Shown: one piece after another, positions 11,438 to 22,119 of the stretch
Layout: each line of letters starts with the position of its first letter
Position numbering within the stretch: position 1 is the stretch's first letter
From: Epiperipatus broadwayi
Taxonomy: Eukaryota; Animalia; Onychophora
DNA length: 64,000 nucleotides
NCBI GenBank assembly: GCA_028023455.1
Contig: JAQFVV010000002.1
Span: forward strand, 29,140,001 to 29,204,000
Direction: 5' to 3'
Translations under genes and position numbers: made by a program
Notes under the pieces: generated by a model
Database searches by the model: none
Told to the model about the DNA's origin: nothing
The model's input: the letters and a program-made list of their open reading frames with translations, nothing else

Positions 11438-14400
11438 ATATTGGATAAGTAGGCATTAGATAGGGATTTTATGCACAAGCCTTCTGGCATTCATTGATTA
11501 CTTTGGTTGGCACATGGTTGTAATACTGTATGGAGAGTTTTGCTTTGTTTATAAACAAATATGTGCTAGTATAAGAGATAGTGATCATGTGATGTAAGGT
11601 CTGCTTTGCAGATCTTCGTTTCACTTTTTCTCACCTATTTTCTACCTCATACCTTAGTTTGAACCCCAATCTATCGTAAGGTGTCTGCAATACGCGTATA
11701 TACCGAAAATCCTGCTTAATTTTAAACCACGAGTACAATGCTCGTATTATATATATAAGTCATTCCCAAATAAATAAAAGATTATAAATTATGTATATGT
11801 TCACATAATTTTGATTTATTAAAAAGTAGGTTATATAAGTCGTAATTGCGCACACACTATGATATGCATTTTAAACATATCAAAATTATAAATTGTTAAA
11901 GTTATTTTGTTTGAATCTATTTACAAATATATATTACCGTCGTAATATATTTTGATTTAAAATAAAATTCATTTAGTAAATATTAGTTTAGTAAATAGAT
12001 TCAACTATTGCAATGTAAAAGTAAAATAATTTTTGTTTGATTTAATAAAAGTCATTCCAAATATTTCTGTTAAAATAAATGAGGGACAATAGTTTAATTA
12101 GTTAATATTATATAGGTTTATCTAAAAACAGCAGATGTCCACTTAAGGTTTTCTTTAATTAATAAAAGTAATTTTTAATTAAATCTAGTTTGTAATTCAA
12201 ATGTCAACAGGGAAAGTAACAAAAGAAATTAATTAATGTTGAATTCCTTTAGACATTCGGATGATTACAGCTGATAAGTCCGATATATTTTTGTAATGCT
12301 CCATGGCAGTTCTATTGTTAAATTCTACTATAAAAAGGAGGTTTTTCTTTTGTTCTCCATTCTTCTGATGTTTCTAAGAGAAATCATTCTGAGTTCTATT
12401 CTAATAATTTGCTAACCTTGACATGACAGAGTAGAGTGCAAGAAGGCTATTTCTCTCCGAAATGGTCATATGCTGCCATAGACCATTGGAAGTTATCACA
12501 TAGGGAACCCCAGAACTGCTGCTGCCAAAATATGAACATTTCCAGATTTTGCTGTTAAATTATATAAAAACCTGCCGACCATCAATCTACCTAAATGCTT
12601 CTCCAGAGGTAACCCTAAATTAACCCAAGAGCTCTTGTGATAACTAACATGCTATAGCTATTTAAAATTGTTTTCCTTATATTTCACATAACTTCATTAT
12701 GTATTTCTTTAACGTGTTAATATAATATAATCAACAGTTTTGCTCTATCCTTGGGTTAAGATTTTCTATTTATAAAGCTTTCTTTTATTTTATTATGATA
12801 ATGTGTCAGAATCGTCTTTGACCGAGTGAACTATTCCCTTTATTGAAAGTAAGACGCCGCTATTAAGGCATATTTTAAATTTATAATTTTTCAATTTTAT
12901 TATCTTGCAAATCACTCGTTCGCGGGCGATTCTATTCTTTAATAGATAATATAATCACATAGTTTAAAATCTACATGTTATTGATTTTAATCTAATATGA
13001 GAGTATGTGTGAGGTCAATGATTAAATGTGTCCCCTAATGCATGATTGCGTATATAAATCTATACTTCGCAAACCCGCAAGCTTGCATTTTCCTATTTTA
13101 ATTACCGTGTTCTACTTTAATTATAAAGTTCATCATTGACGTCGAGAATGTGCGGACCCTTTTAAATGAATTTCGGGGAATTTGATTGGGCATTTCTCTT
13201 AATCTGAGTAAAACCCATTCAGTATGTTTTTATATACACTAGTCTCGTGTTGCTGGTAAATGAATTGGTTGTTGAGACCGCTTTGTTTTATTTTTCCAAG
13301 GATTCTTTACACGACAAAGTCCGTTCTTTTCGTATATTGCAAGTTTCCAGGCAGAGTGTGTTCCAAATGACACACCTGGGAATTAAACGCAATCGTCGCA
13401 CAGTCGCTAAGTTTCGGCTGTTCATAAAATACTTTCCTATGGTTAGCGGCAAGATGCCCTCCGTAATTATTCCGGATCTTCAATATTGTTTTATTTTATA
13501 TTTATTTTACAAAGCATCCGTGACTTAAACGTGTCACACCCTCCAACTTTAATAAATTCATTATCAGCAATATTGACCTCCCAATGCAACTCTATTATTA
13601 TTATTCTCAAATAAATGCTTTGATCACATTCCCACTTTGTTGCTTAGTAAGCTTTTGTCCGTGCTATTCTCGAAATCAATAAATATTTTATAACACTTAA
13701 TTTCAAATATTTTCTTAAACTTGTATAATTGCTCAAAGCACTTTGCACATGTTCCTATCTCATCAAGCACATTATCGTAATGCTATTAGCCCGAGGAATA
13801 GAATATATCACTTTGTTTTAAAACCTTTTTGTCATTTATTGAAATATAATGCCCACAATTATTTAATACGTGTCCCTGTCTCATATAAGCAGACAGTGGC
13901 GTTAAATATATATTTTATGAATAAATTTTGTGAAATTATTTAAAACTAAATTTGATATCTTATTTTATTGATTCCTATCACTGTCTTGGTCTATATATAT
14001 ATTTTCTGCATTTCTTTTGTAAATCCATAGACGTTAATTAGCCACCCAAGCTTCTTTTAGTATAGAGTCTTTTGTTTCTCCCTGACCACCAGGCACCGGT
14101 CAAAGGTCATACTAGTAGTGGCATCAGATGCATTGTCATGTAGATGGCGCTGTGAAATTTGGGCTTTAGATTCGAACTTAGTATATCTAGAAGGCAACCC
14201 CTCCTAGAATGTTCAATTTAGTGTCTGGGGTTTGAATTCTGCAGTGTGTTAGCGAGATAGACGATTCTGACTGTTACACTAGATATATTATTAGAAGATT
14301 AAGATGCATGCATTTACCTTTAGTACGTACTACTGATTATGAAATTCAAACTCTAAGGGTTTTTTTCTCTTTATTTAACTATTTGTGCACTCTAAATATG

Positions 14401-14919
14401 CCATAGATATTATATATATGTGTGTGTGTTTGTAAATTTATAAATAAATATTAAAAAATATAGTACTGTATTTTCTAATATTTATTTATAATTTTACTTA
14501 TATTATTTTGAAAAAATACAGACATCGTTTTGTGACATTATTATATATATAATTAATAAAGTAAGTCATATATAACGTGACATATATATATATTATACCT
14601 AACTTAAGTATGGATTTATGTAAAGATTTCTTTAATTCATATTTTTTTATTTGTAAATAATAATAAATAATTTATCTATATATATTTCCAAATTGTAAAC
14701 TAAACAAAATATATTTATTCTTTGTAATAAATATTGATTTTATTCTTTAATTACAGGTCGATGTCCATTTCCATATGTCACATCCATATATCAGAAAATC
14801 CATTTAAATAGTAAAAGTGTTTAAAGTAAATATAAGAATACATATTATTTTGAAATTATCACACTGATACAATTCGTGCAATCCATTATATATGCAATTA
14901 GTTTTATATAGGATTTCTT

Positions 14920-16510
14920 GCTACTGATACATTTGACAATCTATCCCACTTGATGGCGTTGTTCCTCCAACCAAACACATCGATATAACTTTACCGGGCC
15001 ATTACATTTTCTTTAAAATTTTAACAAATACACAATACATAGACCACTCTTTTAAATTATATTATTTCTTTTTTAAATAATTGAATATATTTGCAATGAA
15101 TAACAATATTTGATAACATTTAATTTATTCCTTCAAATATACTTTTATTTTTTTTGTTTATAAACAACACATCATAACAGCAAATTCAATAAAACAACAA
15201 ATAAAATAAAAAATGAAACAACTGGCATAGAATGGGTCTTTGTCCTTTTTAGACACCGCCACATAAACTCTGTCAGTTAGATGTTGATCTCAGTTATGGG
15301 AGTGCCCGAGTATTCATTTGTTACACCATTTAAGACTGCCCCAAAGATGTTCAATATTCTGCATATGCACATCACTGCCAGGGTCCACAAAGTTATATGT
15401 GTTGTTCACTCATAGAAGGTTAAATCCTGCATCCTCAAAATCAGAATTTTGGTAACCCTTTAAACAGTCTGAATAGATGCTGGACCCAAGCTGGATGTTG
15501 TCACATATGCACTGCAGCAGTGTGTTGGCAGAGAATGATGTGATGGTCATCGCAAAACATTCCTCTGTCTCATGGAACATATCACTGAAAACCCACTGCT
15601 ACAGGAGAACCCTACCCTGGTGTTTTTGCAGTGGCTGAAAAGCATTTCATCAACTTTGATGATCATTCTGAGACTGCCTATCATGAGGCATGGTGAGAAA
15701 TAATGCTTTTGTGACACAGCTCTCAAATGGCTTGTATCCACTTGATGACTGCACCTTTTTGGACAAGTCCAATTCTGCAGCCACACATGCCACTGTCAGC
15801 TCATCCCTGCTCCAGCAGTATATCACATGTAACACTTTGACTAGTACTATTCTGCATACATCAAATCAGGTATCATATTTACAGAACAACTTCGATGGCA
15901 AGAATTCAATTTTTTTTCATCTGATAGGTCCAGCATTTCCTTAGAACCATCTTCCCACCACACACAGGTCTTCTCTGTTATAGAACTTGTTTCTTTTGCA
16001 GGAAGACCACAATGGACACTTCTGCATTAGGAAATAGCAACAGCTTGAAAGTAATATTTTTTCAGCACTAGCCATTTTTTCACTATTGCAAGCTCTCTAA
16101 AGTTATGATACATTATCTTCATGTATGCCCAATTGCCAAATTTCCTAAATTTGACATGCTTATGAAGGGGTAGTGACCTTCAGTTAAGTGTGGCAATTTG
16201 TATGACCTTATACTACTTCATTTACATTTTAAAATAATTACTTCTGACCGCATGTTGGTTCACTTTTTGTTATTAAAACTATTCACACCCTATCATGATA
16301 AAGTACTGATATGTTAATTGTCAGAATTTGTAAAGAGTATAAAGAATATGTATCAGACAAAACTGATACAGTTGGGTAAGGCCAATGTTAGCCAAAAGTC
16401 TCAATTGCTGATAGCAATTGAGAAGTTGTGCCTGATAAACGGTATTTTGATCTACTTTTGGCTAGCAACAATGCCATCAAGTGGGATGGATGGTCAAATG
16501 TATCAGTACC
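14920..16510 (-). mobile_element. Merlin (IS1595/ISXO2-like) DNA transposon, full length but inactivated
   Basis: TIRs g(c/g)tactgatacatttgac.atc.atcccacttgatggc.ttgtt at 14920 and 16510; TSD gatttctt/gattactt (7 of 8 match); internal transposase remnant. Confidence 0.85.
15250..16050 (-). pseudogene. Merlin/ISXO2-like DDE transposase pseudogene
   Basis: Minus-strand translation: VLHVIYCWS...ELDLS; IKVDEMLF; SANTLLQCICDNIQLGSSIYSDCLKGY...VNNTYNFVDPGSDVHMQNIEHLWGSLK...EFMWR. These are ISXO2 motifs (D-E-S, SD.W..Y, VNH..NFVDP, HTQ.IE..W, EF.WR); stops and frameshifts present. Confidence 0.88.
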
Positions 16511-17237
16511 GATTACTTTATTGATGCTTTTTTTGTTAGAATAGTTAGTGATGGGTTGGTACAATGCCCTTTTACCTATCGCAACAATTAAGCTTTGTTA
16601 TTGTTAGATAATTATTTTAAATTTTAAAAAAAAATTTATTTTATTTAATTAATGATATAAGAACCAAAAATAAAAATTAATCTTTGCTAACCAATATTAT
16701 GTTAAGACCTATCTTTAGATAAATCTGTACTTCATTTTAAAGGAAGAAAGTGTTGATAAGATGTTAAGACAATAAGTCTTATTGCTATTACCGCTGCTAT
16801 TTAATTAAAAAAACCTAAATTATATTATTTTAGATTACCATTGGAAAGTTAGAATTCTTTCTGACTGAATTCCTTAATATTTACGAACCTGAGAATAATA
16901 TTTATTACTGTTAATTATTATTATTTGTAGAATGTAACAATGAATTATTAGTCAAACATTGGTCTACCCACATCTTGTAAAATAATGCATTAATTACTAT
17001 ATGCTTAGTGTATGAGAGAACATATTTAGTTATTGTGCCCTTAGTCCATAAGGGGACTTATATGGTTATTTAATATATTTAATATATTAGAGTTCTTGTA
17101 CGAGTTTGGACCTGTGTTTTGACATATACTTTGAACATTTTTTGGAAGGTTACATTTGCCGATTTTGACTTACCAAAGTATTGGCTTACGATTGATCATA
17201 AGGTATCGATCGATTGTAGGTTACTATATATATATAT

Positions 17238-19368
17238 TATAATGGTTGGGGTAGATAGTAAGGTCTTACCGTATCTGCTGTACAGGGTGCCACCAGGCCA
17301 TTCGAACCTGGAAAATTTATATAGTAGGCAGATACGTACTGTTAAGATCCAACTTTTACATATATATTTTATTCTGACTGTCAGCCCTAGTCACTAGCTC
17401 ATGGAGTAGCAGAGGTTTAAAACATATTTATTAAAATATATTTTTAATAAAGATTAAAAAAAATAAACTAGATCACTGCCAGTACTAATAACATGAAAGA
17501 TTTTATTCACGTATATATAGGTGACAACACACAAACTTGAAAAATAATTACTATATAAAAAAAATTATGCTTTATGTTTCATTATTATTATTTTTTTAAC
17601 TTTAACTTTTAATATTAGAATGTTGAGCATAGTTAGGCCACCTAGACAATGCACTTAAAAGATTTTCAAAACATTTGACTCCAGGCTAAAAGTCCGCAGC
17701 CACACCAATGCTCACTTCCCAATATATATCAGCAACCAATGCAATGTGAACATGTTAGCATAGAACCACGGTGACAAGAATGTGCATCTGACAGCTTGAT
17801 ATTATTTGAAGAACATGATCTTCATCCAGTACAGGAATGTACATCTGTCTGGCGAAGGAAACATGCATATAAAATAATAAAGAAAAAAACACTACCTATA
17901 GATGTCAGAGTGGTCTATCTTGCCAACTTATAATCCCTATCCATAAAGCTGAAAGAGGTCAATGTTGTGGGAAGTACTCCACGTCCATTTTAAGGCCATA
18001 CCTACTCCTTTGGGACCATGCATTCAGTTGGGCATGTTGCCCTAAATGCTAACACACTTCACATTACATTGATATAAACATCCATATATCCCTCCACCAA
18101 CATTAACACAACTACAAAACAAATAGTCCAAAATCAAAACCCCTTTAAACTAACATATACTTAAACGAGTCTAAGCAGCCATCTACACTCAACTTAAATT
18201 TAAGTCAATTTAATAATTTACTATATAAAAAAATATTTAGTTTAGGGTATTTAACTTATTTTAAAATTACACATTGTATTCAACTTATTTTTACATCAAA
18301 TAATACATTTGACCTATTTTTTTTAATCTAATAATGCACAAATAATAATACGTGTTTGATTTTATCTTTAAATTCATTTGCAATCGCAAACTCATGTCCT
18401 ATTACAAACAGACCTTATACTAAGCATAAATATAAAAAATATAATACATATTTTAAAAAGATTAGTTTAAGTTTTAGATAAGACTTTAAAATTGCAAAGT
18501 TTATAAAAAATAAAGTTCAAGTTTGATCAGGAAAGAAAGTCTATAGTTCATATTTAAAGGAAAATAAAGTTCAAAGATTTTAAATTAAAGAGAGGTTATA
18601 TTTCATTTTACTTTCTTTTCTCTGGGCTCGTTCCTTCGTGATGAAGATCTGAGTTTACGCAAGAACCATTTCTTGTGGATGATGATGGTTTATGAGGATT
18701 TATGATGATTTCTGAAGATGGTACCAGTGGTTCGATCCTGGGATCCATGGAGATGAAAGCTGCCTTCAGCCAGCCAAAACGAAGGAAGCGCGATGAAACA
18801 GATTACATTTTTGGTAATGGCGACAATAACTTTTTAAATTTTTTTTACTTTTCAGCAATGACAAACAAATTCAAAATTTCAATTTTCTAATTACTTATTT
18901 CTTTTGAATTTTTTCTTTTATAGTCCTGAAGCGTCTTATCTAAGAATGTGCGGATCCATCAAACATATTCAGTAGATTTTCCTCTGTGGTCTGTGTATAT
19001 ATCTTGGGCAGGAAAATCAAGCCTTTTGTTTCTATTCCTCAGCTCTTATCTATTTCATAATAATCTTTTTAATGATCATTTTGCCCTAAGGATCTGTTTG
19101 TAATTTTATTTTTGTTAAAAACTCTCTTCGTTATTTTTAAGATTAAAAGGTTTTTATTATATTTATTTAAAAATTAGAATCTTTGCTTCGATTCTATAAT
19201 TTTTTTAAGCTTATTTTATTTCAATATTTAAACTAAACTTATTAATAAATTAATAACTCATTATTTGTGCATTTTGAATGTCTGTGCTTTTAATTCATTA
19301 TTAGATATTTCCAACAAAAAAAATGTATGTACTAAAATTTAAATGTAACGTCTATATATCCCATTACA
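17238..19368. mobile_element. Unclassified ~2.1-kb element, subfamily A copy 2
   Basis: Collinear with 5796-8038; ends AT|TATAATGG...CCATTACA|AT; sits in (TA)n. Confidence 0.75.
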
Positions 19369-19376
19369 ATATATAT

Positions 19377-21499
19377 TATAACAATCAAAATGGAAGTGAA
19401 GATCGAATCTAACCGCAAAAACAATATCTGCACTACAAGGGCGCCATCTAGGCATTTGAGCCTAGAAAAATTTATAGAGTAGGCAGATACGCGCTGTTAA
19501 GATTCCACTTTATTTAAATATTCAGATCGTTAGCCCAAGTCACTAGCTCAGTGGAGTAGCAGAGATAATAAAATATAAATTTTATATCTTAAATATAAAA
19601 GAATAAAAGCCACTGCCAGAAATTAACACATAAAAAAATATTTATTTACGCATATATAAAATAATATTTAAATTTTGAGGAATAAATTTAACGTTTATAA
19701 TTTTATATTGATCTTGTAAATTTACATTTAAAAAGATTTCAATAAGTTTAATTTTTATTTAGATAGTCAAGTATGAATAGACTACATAGATCTGCATTTG
19801 AAAAAAAAAAAAATATTCTTCCCTGATTTAACCTTAGGCAACAAATTTCGCAATCAACTGGCGCCAATCCATCTGATATATTCATGTATTCAATGTAGCA
19901 TGATACGACAACACAAAATACTATACTGCCAGGAAAGTACATCTGAACAGTAAGTAGAATTAGAGAAGATATTGACTCTCCACCAACAGGAATGTGACAT
20001 CTGTTGGCAAGTAGAACAATTAACAAAAAACTCCATAGGAATGGACTGCGGTCTTCTGCCGACTTACAAACCCATCCATAGGCAAACAGAGGGTGTGTGG
20101 CGTATATCTATAATCCTGCCCGTAGCGGACCTCATACTACATCTACTAATTACACAAATATATCCAATCCATTGAACCAATTCAACTACGAAATGAATAA
20201 CCTAAGATTACCCTCCCTTAATATAACTTTACAAAACTATATAGCCATTCACGCCCGACTTAATTTTAACATTTAAATACGTTCGCACAGATTTGTTTAA
20301 AAATGTTGGGTATAGATCGATTACATAGATTCCACGGTCAAAAACATTTCAAAATAAACATAAACGATCAAAATACAAAATTATTGATACCGACAATCGC
20401 AGAGGGAAACTTATAAGTAACCCAATAGTATTCACCATAAGATACTTGCGTTGTCACCAATAACTTAAAAGACATCCGAATAAATACATTTTAGATACTC
20501 ACCGTAAGGTATCATTATTTATCGAATGTCTATATATTTTGATCAAATATGAAAACCAAAATATAATTAACCGCAAACGAATCCATGCAAGCGTCTATAA
20601 ACAACTTAAATTTCATACATTTAAATAATCTTTACAATAAGGAAAAAAAAAAATGGAAATGATGTTTATCAATCGGGAAACATATAAAATTAAACATTAT
20701 TAATTTGATTTAAAAACTTACAAAAGTCAGATAAGAGTCCGTTTTTAACATTTAAGTTGGCTTGTTTATGAATTTATAAAACTTGACGAAAGTTCGTAAT
20801 TGATTTTAATAATAGTTAATTTCCTATAGCTTATGGTATAAGAGTCCAGGCCTCTGCTTTCAATTCCCGCGACGCCTCCGTTGGAAGGTAATGTTCTGGA
20901 GATGGCCATAGCTGGTTCAAGGTATCACAGTCTTTTCATTTTTTTTTATTTTTATAGAGAGTGTGGTATGTGCGTCATACCACATCTCTCAAACACCCAA
21001 CGCTGGAACTGTCCGAAAAAACTGTATTTCCCTTTTTATATTATCCACAAGGATTCAATGAACAAAACGTCACCAATCCATCACTTTCGTTATGGTCCGG
21101 GCCTTTATTTGGCTTCCATTGGTCAAGCTAAAATCTCTTTCTTCTCTTATCTAACTTTCCATCTGACTTTTTAATTAAACAGCTTTTAGATAATCAATAA
21201 ACAATCATTTCCATTTATAGATTACAGGAATTAATTAATACCTGTTTTTATTTTAACTTACGTTATTTTTTTATTAAAATATTTTTATATTTCAATCTTG
21301 TTTTTTTTATAAAAAAAAATACATTCAAATACCTTTTTTTTATTTATTAAAAAAAATATTTTTAAAGTTTAGCATCTGTGCGAATGTATATACGTATAAC
21401 AAACATTTTTAATTTTAGCGTTTAGTTTTTTACTTTTATTTGCGAACTTTTAAGTTTTTATTTTAAATTAATGTAACGACATATTTATATATCGTTACA
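19377..21499. mobile_element. Unclassified ~2.1-kb element, subfamily B copy 1
   Basis: Nearly identical to 22120-24228; shares only short blocks with subfamily A; ends TATAACAA...TCGTTACA with a terminal hairpin TGTAACGA-12nt-TCGTTACA. Confidence 0.8.
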
Positions 21500-21569
21500 T
21501 ATCAGTAAACTTCCTCAAAAAAAAAAAAACATTTAAAAAAAAAAAAAAAAAAGAATTTACTTAGTGTTA

Positions 21570-21960
21570 GTAATTACGTTACACAAATTGATTATATATG
21601 AAAATTTCAAAAGGACAAAACTTTTTTTTTTTTACAAGACAAAACAGTAATTACACACAAATATAATGATTAAAAAAAAATGTTGACTGTTGATTCCTTA
21701 TTACCAGCTAAATTTCTGCCCCCTCCCTTCCAAGTTTCTTTTCTTCTACCTTTAACTATTACTTAGGCAAGTTTGAACGATTAGATTTTAATTTAACAAG
21801 ACTTTTTTTTTTTTTTAAAAAAAAATATGATTTAGATTTATTATTACGTTTTATTTATTAGTTTTTATTCCTCGAATTTATCTCTACACATGCGTAATTT
21901 TTCTTACTGGCAGTACCTTTAAGACCAAAAATTCAAACTGTAACTCCACGTCAATACAAC
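21570..21960 (-). mobile_element. Inverted, internally deleted and diverged relic of the 2.1-kb family
   Basis: Reverse complement reads gtggagttacag...actgccag..ttacgcat.tgta..ata..aaattcgaggaataaa...tgtaacgtaattac, the same block order as 19550-19690 and the right end. Confidence 0.5.
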
Positions 21961-22119
21961 AAATATATTTATACTAATTTCAGGAAAAATATTACGAGCA
22001 TGATTCACTTTTAAAATTTTCAGGGCACTCGTGATTTATTAAAGATAGGAAATTTCATCATCATCAATTCCCTTTCTCAGGGTCAATCTCTGAGGTAAGG
22101 CCACACTTGGGATGCCAAT

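Larger units (their letters stand above)
11171..11594 (+). mobile_element. Palindromic hammerhead-ribozyme mini-element (non-autonomous PLE/retrozyme-like): ~385-bp fold-back plus ~40-nt tail
   Basis: 11171-11360 is the near-perfect reverse complement of 11366-11555, with one HHR in each arm; tail caaatatgtgctagtataagagatagtgatcatgtgatg is shared with four other copies. Confidence 0.85.

Noticed and set aside
15950-16080. Plus-strand CYRTCFFCRKT as a piggyBac Cys-rich domain
   Set aside because: It lies inside the Merlin TIRs and is antisense to the Merlin N-terminus.
18712-18740. CTGAAGA (also at 7254 and 45264) as further hammerheads
   Set aside because: No stem II followed by GAAA and NUH.
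18608-18748. Short minus-strand ORF MDPRIEPLVPSSEII... shared with 7180-7290
   Set aside because: 46 versus 36 aa with a premature stop in one copy. The frame-preserving indel lies in a (TGA)n tract and there is no counterpart in subfamily B.
19425-19565. Twister-ribozyme-like words (UAA, CCACU/AGUGG, CCCAAG) in the 2.1-kb module
   Set aside because: The T1 pseudoknot partner (GGG) and the T2 GC/GC pairing are missing, and the putative stems are not kept in subfamily A.
19445-19570. Resemblance of the minus strand to U4atac (GCTACT..CCA.TGAGC..TAGTGA..GCTAACG) and to a U7/Sm site (AATTTTTCTAG plus hairpin)
   Set aside because: The K-turn C-stem cannot form, there is no U6atac-pairing 5' end, and the Sm-like site is not conserved between subfamilies. 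Worth only an Rfam check.
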